DNA from: Nanobdellota archaeon
GTDB lineage: Archaea; Nanobdellota; Nanobdellia; Pacearchaeales; UBA12030
Direction of reading: 5' to 3'
Length of the DNA stretch: 36,085 bases
Assembly: GCA_013331945.1 (NCBI GenBank)
Contig: DUFK01000027.1
Location: 19,687-55,771, forward strand
A program made the translations under genes and the position numbers. Every line of letters starts with the position of its first letter. Position 1 is the first letter of the stretch. The notes below the pieces were generated by a model. It did not search any database, was not told the origin of the DNA, and was given only the letters and a program-made list of their open reading frames with translations. Positions 32,683 through 36,085 of this stretch are shown here, piece after piece.

Positions 32683-35529
32683 TCAGTAGGAAGAACCTTG
32701 GGATCGGGATAATTCTTCAGAAGGGAAATCGGTTTTCAGGAAAGTCGAGTTAATTTTGGTTCCCTTTGGATAACTTATCTCCCATATCTTGATCGGCGCT
32801 CTTACCCCATTGAAGTCGATGATGCTTGGTATCTTCAACCCCGTTTTTGCTCTTATATCTGCAACAAGTATGTCCTCTTCTGTATGCACCAGCTTGAAAC
32901 TAGGATTTTTCTCCTCGAGCAAGTAAAGTCTCGCCATCAGACTATTCTTTGTCTTTGGTGAGAGATAGAACGCAGAACCAATACTCTTCAGTTTCCCATC
33001 TTGACTAAGCCTTGAAATTACATACAGGCATCCATCTATTCCTTCTCCTTGGAACTCGATCTTCCTCTCCTCTACGAATAAGCATTTAAGGGGTATGTCC
33101 ACCCTATTTCCATTATTGACTGCTATTGCTGTAGGTTTCTCAAATATCGTTCCGCCGTTTTCTCCATTCTTTACTGGAACTAAGAATCCACCGATTCCTG
33201 AAGTTTGCTTAGGGAAGAATTCGCCTTTCCAGGAAAAATCATCGTCAAATGCAGCTCCGCCCTGGAATAGGTACACAACTCCGTCCCTTGTCTCTTGAGT
33301 TGCCTCTTCATTTAGTCCGAATGGTGGGATGCTGCTGAATCTATCAAAATTAGCATCGCTCCCTATAAGGGAATATGCGGGATATTTTCCGATATCTGAA
33401 GAATCTATCAGTAAGTGTGTAGAGTTATGTGTGTACAGAAATTCCAGCGCTTCCTTATCACTCGGACTCGTGAGGACATAACGTCCCATCAAATGATCCC
33501 AGTAAGGGATTGCATTTCCTCCATCTAACACAGTTGCCCTCTCTCCGCCAGTCTGCACCCAGTAACCATAATCCCACCAGTGTGCAAAGACCGCATCTTG
33601 CACCGTATTTCCTTTGACCCAATCCATCGCTCCCATCCATTGCGGATGCAAGTTTGGATAAGAGCCCTTTGTCTGTGCAGCGCTTGCCTTGAAGAATGCA
33701 GAGAACATGAATAACGCAAGTATGGCTATAAGAAGCACGATAGCTATCTTCAGCAGATTATCTTTGAATCTTCCCGCGTTCTCGCCAACCTTTACGATGA
33801 ATAGTGCTCCAAGAACTGATGCGATTGGTGCAAGGAAGTAGATAAGTCTTACAGCTCCCCTCGCACCTATGACTGCCCATGCAAACCAGATTAATGTAAG
33901 GAAGAAAACAATGTCTATCGATTCAAAGTTTTTCATTTCCTCTTTTTCCTTTCTAGAGGCTATTGTAGTCAGATAAAGGAGCAAGAGTCCGAATAATGCC
34001 ATTCCTCCGAAAAAGAAAACCTGTGAAATCAGGTTTGTTCCATTGAATATTGATTCTGGTGTGTATCTTGTGAAAATCAAGGTCAGGATGAAAATTGCAG
34101 ATGTGATCATAAGAGCTATCTTATATCTCTTGCCGAAGTGCGCGAAAAGCATGTATGCGAGGAGAATTGCGCCGGCAATCATCAGCCAGAAGAAGAGCCC
34201 GAAGTTGCCTATCCATTGGACCGTGTATGGCTGCTGATTCTCTGCGACTGTCAATGTGAGCCTCAATGTTCCGAATGGATGCAAGAGCTGTTCCTTCGTC
34301 GCATTTATGAAACTAAATAACTGGCCAAAGCCCTTGTAAAATCCAAAGACGAGAACTGCCAATAGGAATCCAAGGACGATACCGCTTACATTGTGCGGGA
34401 GTCTCAGGATCCTTTTATCTTTCAGTTTTGAATTAAACAGGAAAAAGAGAAGGAACATCGGAAGTGGAAGGAAAACAATTCCTGATGAAGGATCTGTCAC
34501 AAAGCCGAGCAAGCTGTATCTAGCGCTGATAAACAGCGTCGGCACCATCGCGAGAACGAGCACAAGATAGAACATGAATTCTTTCTTTCCCAGCTGGTTG
34601 AACAAAAGTAGTGCTAGAAAAGTGAAGCCGATGATCATGAACAGGAAGCTTACAGCACCCCATGTCAATCCGACTAATCCAGTCGCAACTCCAGAAAGCA
34701 CTCCATACGCAATTCTCCATTTGGAATTGCTCTCTCTGAAACCTGAGACGAGGAAATAAAGCGCTCCGAAAAAGAACAAAGTTCCAAGAGGCTCTTTATC
34801 AGAGAATCCGAGCATTGTTCTCTGCAGGAATGCAGGTATCACTGCAAGGAATGCAGACGCAACAAGGGCGACACGCCAATCAAATATTTTCTTCACAAGG
34901 AAGAAGAAAGCGATGATTATGAACGGGAAGATTATGACTGGGTAAAGCATATCTACAGTCAAGACAGATATTACGGGATTAAATATATGAATCACTTTAT
35001 ACATTCCGGCAATAAAGTACGCGAGCAACCTCGATTCCTGCAGCGTGTTGAATCCTATCGGAACATAACGCATCCAGTCCATTACGGGAAGTGATCCTTG
35101 CTCGGCTATCGTCTGAGCGTAGCGAAGGAAGAGCGCAGAATCAGGATCTGCAGGCAAGGCTCCTGCCTGAATCATACTGAGATTTCGTGTTCTGATCCAT
35201 ACGCCAATCCAGATTATAACTAATAATGCTGCATAGTAGAACAATTCAGGACCCCTTTTTAAGAATCCGCCAGCTTTTGCGAAACTCCCGCTAATCTTTT
35301 CTTTTCTTATTTCAAATATATCTTTTTTCTGAGCGCTATGGTCGTGAGATTGGCTGTGGGCCGGCTGAGTTGAATGGTGCACAGGTGTGTGCTCTGGGTG
35401 ATGATGCTCTTGCCTTGCAGGAGTGCTGTCACTTGCGTTGCTGCTACTGCTCCCATTGCCACCAAATACGCTTGAGAATCCCTCAGCAACTTTCTTCTTT
35501 CGCTCTTCGAGCTCGCTTCCCTCAGCCAT
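32683..35529 (-). CDS. aglB: Archaeal oligosaccharyltransferase AglB (STT3 family)
   Basis: WWDYG motif (AHWWDYGYW, codons at 33565..33579). First-loop acidic motif LPADPDSALF, GFSDKEPLG (DxE), and a TIxE/SVSE-like TVAE. About 13 TM segments plus a large C-terminal soluble domain. 948 aa, including a roughly 95-aa hydrophilic His-rich N-terminal extension. Confidence 0.92.
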   Translation of the reverse strand: MAEGSELEERKKKVAEGFSSVFGGNGSSSSNASDSTPARQEHHHPEHTPVHHSTQPAHSQSHDHSAQKKDIFEIRKEKISGSFAKAGGFLKRGPELFYYAALLVIIWIGVWIRTRNLSMIQAGALPADPDSALFLRYAQTIAEQGSLPVMDWMRYVPIGFNTLQESRLLAYFIAGMYKVIHIFNPVISVLTVDMLYPVIIFPFIIIAFFFLVKKIFDWRVALVASAFLAVIPAFLQRTMLGFSDKEPLGTLFFFGALYFLVSGFRESNSKWRIAYGVLSGVATGLVGLTWGAVSFLFMIIGFTFLALLLFNQLGKKEFMFYLVLVLAMVPTLFISARYSLLGFVTDPSSGIVFLPLPMFLLFFLFNSKLKDKRILRLPHNVSGIVLGFLLAVLVFGFYKGFGQLFSFINATKEQLLHPFGTLRLTLTVAENQQPYTVQWIGNFGLFFWLMIAGAILLAYMLFAHFGKRYKIALMITSAIFILTLIFTRYTPESIFNGTNLISQVFFFGGMALFGLLLLYLTTIASRKEKEEMKNFESIDIVFFLTLIWFAWAVIGARGAVRLIYFLAPIASVLGALFIVKVGENAGRFKDNLLKIAIVLLIAILALFMFSAFFKASAAQTKGSYPNLHPQWMGAMDWVKGNTVQDAVFAHWWDYGYWVQTGGERATVLDGGNAIPYWDHLMGRYVLTSPSDKEALEFLYTHNSTHLLIDSSDIGKYPAYSLIGSDANFDRFSSIPPFGLNEEATQETRDGVVYLFQGGAAFDDDFSWKGEFFPKQTSGIGGFLVPVKNGENGGTIFEKPTAIAVNNGNRVDIPLKCLFVEERKIEFQGEGIDGCLYVISRLSQDGKLKSIGSAFYLSPKTKNSLMARLYLLEEKNPSFKLVHTEEDILVADIRAKTGLKIPSIIDFNGVRAPIKIWEISYPKGTKINSTFLKTDFPSEELSRSQGSSY

Positions 35530-35560
35530 CTTTCTTTATCTTCCCTACCCTAAAAGAGCA

Positions 35561-35578
35561 CAATTTAAAAGTCTTTTC
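35561..35578 (-). promoter_or_regulatory. BRE/TATA-like promoter box of aglB
   Basis: The minus strand reads GAAAAGACTTTTAAATTG. The TATA core is centred about 37 nt upstream of the aglB ATG (35529), which predicts a leader of about 10 nt. Confidence 0.5.
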
Positions 35579-35583
35579 ACTTT

Positions 35584-35651
35584 CCGCGCCCCATTTCAGT
35601 GCCCCGCGCCCTGCGCTCCTCGCTCCCGGCCCCGCGCTCCCCGCCCCGCGC
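35584..35651 (-). repeat. GC-rich tract with short direct repeats (3x CCCCGCGC on the + strand); G-quadruplex motif on the minus (transcribed) strand
   Basis: 57 of 68 nt are G/C by hand count, within an AT-rich locus. CCCCGCGC occurs at 35602..35609, 35630..35637 and 35644..35651. Seven C-runs of 3 or more are present. The minus strand reads GGGG-C-GGGG-AGCGC-GGGG-CC-GGG. Confidence 0.7.
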
Positions 35652-35656
35652 AATCA

Positions 35657-36085
35657 TCATGCAAATAGTGCCGGCGTTATGAAAATTTCTATCAATGTAC
35701 CGATGAAAAGAAGCCCTATTGCAATAAGGATCAGTACGAGAGCATCTTTAAGCACCTTGCGGAATCTTCCGTCATCGAAGTGATGCCTTATGACTGCCGT
35801 GCCAATGATTCCTCCAGCAAGCGCCGCTGTGAAATAGGCGAGAATCTCTGGAACCCCGTGGATCATAAACCTGAGGAATCCTAATGGAAGGGCATGCAAC
35901 TCGCGTGAAAAGATACCCATAGCAGCTCCGATGACGCTTGCGTTCCATGCCAGGATAAATATCGCTCCCGCGCCAAAGAAGAATGAGAAGAAAAGGCTTA
36001 GGAGCATGACATTGATGTTATTGAAGAATATAATCTTGAACTCCTTTGAGATGAATTCTGCGTTGCTGTTAGAACTTACCTTTCC
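35657..36085 (-). CDS. SpoIIM-family (stage II sporulation protein M-like) integral membrane protein, C-terminal part; the gene continues past the right edge
   Basis: The frame stays open from 36085 down to the TGA at 35657..35659, reading GKVSSNSNAEFISKEFKIIFFNNINVMLLSLFFSFFFGAGAIF...HGVPEILAYFTAALAGG.... The FxNN and HGxxEl motifs and the multiple TM helices are typical of the family. Confidence 0.65.
   Translation of the reverse strand, partial: GKVSSNSNAEFISKEFKIIFFNNINVMLLSLFFSFFFGAGAIFILAWNASVIGAAMGIFSRELHALPLGFLRFMIHGVPEILAYFTAALAGGIIGTAVIRHHFDDGRFRKVLKDALVLILIAIGLLFIGTLIEIFITPALFA

Noticed and set aside
1232-35783. The many 60-158 aa ORFs in the track on the strand opposite the large genes, for example 1232..1450, 1842..2318, 7948..8304, 9714..10067, 21647..22033, 31921..32346 and 34043..34237.
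   Set aside because: Each lies entirely inside, and antisense to, a long ORF with clear family motifs. Their translations are low-complexity or hydrophobic with no recognisable motifs. They are best explained as shadow ORFs.
35370-35783. Plus-strand ORFs (137 aa and 81 aa) spanning the GC-rich tract and giving Pro/Ala-rich peptides (APRPALLAPGPALPAPR).
   Set aside because: They overlap the 5' end of aglB and the 3' end of the SpoIIM-like gene in antisense. The Pro/Ala run is simply the translation of the C-rich repeat, and I see no start context. I treat the tract as non-coding.
1-36085. Interpreting the window as a bacterial LPS/O-antigen or capsule cluster, because of GT9, ColD-like, WecB and ArnT-like genes.
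   Set aside because: AglB/STT3 with WWDYG, an Alg7/AglH-type transferase, a GGR paralogue, a split transketolase, a SpoIIM-family gene of the kind common in archaea, and BRE/TATA-like promoter boxes all point to an archaeal host. I see no lipid A, Kdo, Wzx/Wzy/Wzz or ABC-exporter genes.
1-36085. Search for CRISPR arrays, tRNA/rRNA genes, transposases or integrases, toxin-antitoxin genes or defence-system genes.
   Set aside because: There is no non-coding gap larger than 157 bp, no spaced direct-repeat array, and no ORF with recombinase, nuclease or HEPN-like motifs. Every ORF of at least 150 aa is accounted for by glycan-related or membrane functions.

Overview
Gene-dense, AT-rich 36-kb window: about 33 CDS, and only three non-coding gaps longer than 100 bp. 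I read it as an archaeal protein-glycosylation (agl) super-locus. All family calls come from recognising motifs in the supplied translations; no searches were run.

Archaeal anchors:
- an AglB/STT3 oligosaccharyltransferase with a WWDYG motif (32683..35529)
- an AglH/Alg7-type GlcNAc-1-P transferase (30518..31504)
- a geranylgeranyl-reductase paralogue lying between those two genes
- a split transketolase
- recurrent BRE/TATA-like boxes (GAAA-N-CTTTTAAAT) in front of operon-leading ATGs

Glycosyltransferase content is about 15 domains: four GT2, three GT4, three GT9 (heptosyltransferase-like, one fused to a GT2), three ArnT/PMT-like GT-C enzymes plus AglB, and AglH.

Sugar-tailoring genes:
- four SAM methyltransferases
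- five extended-SDR sugar-nucleotide enzymes (Gmd-like, Fcl-like, GalE-like, two UXS/dehydratase-like)
- WecB
- an AsnB-type amidotransferase
- a CE4-like deacetylase
- a GNAT acetyltransferase
- an orphan alpha/alpha-toroid protein
- a DegT-family enzyme whose PLP lysine is replaced by histidine (ColD/E1-type 3-dehydratase signature)

I saw no rRNA, tRNA, CRISPR array, transposase or integrase.

Main hypothesis: bacterial LPS/O-antigen-style chemistry is grafted onto an archaeal dolichol/AglB pathway. The bacterial-style parts are the GT9 enzymes, a colitose-like 3,6-dideoxyhexose branch, ArnC/ArnT-like lipid-linked decoration, uronamide formation, and possibly heptose supply through an operon-embedded transketolase.

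Other oddities:
- an Fcl homologue with Phe in place of the catalytic Tyr
- a His-rich N-terminal extension on AglB
- an 84% GC tract capable of forming a G-quadruplex just upstream of the aglB promoter
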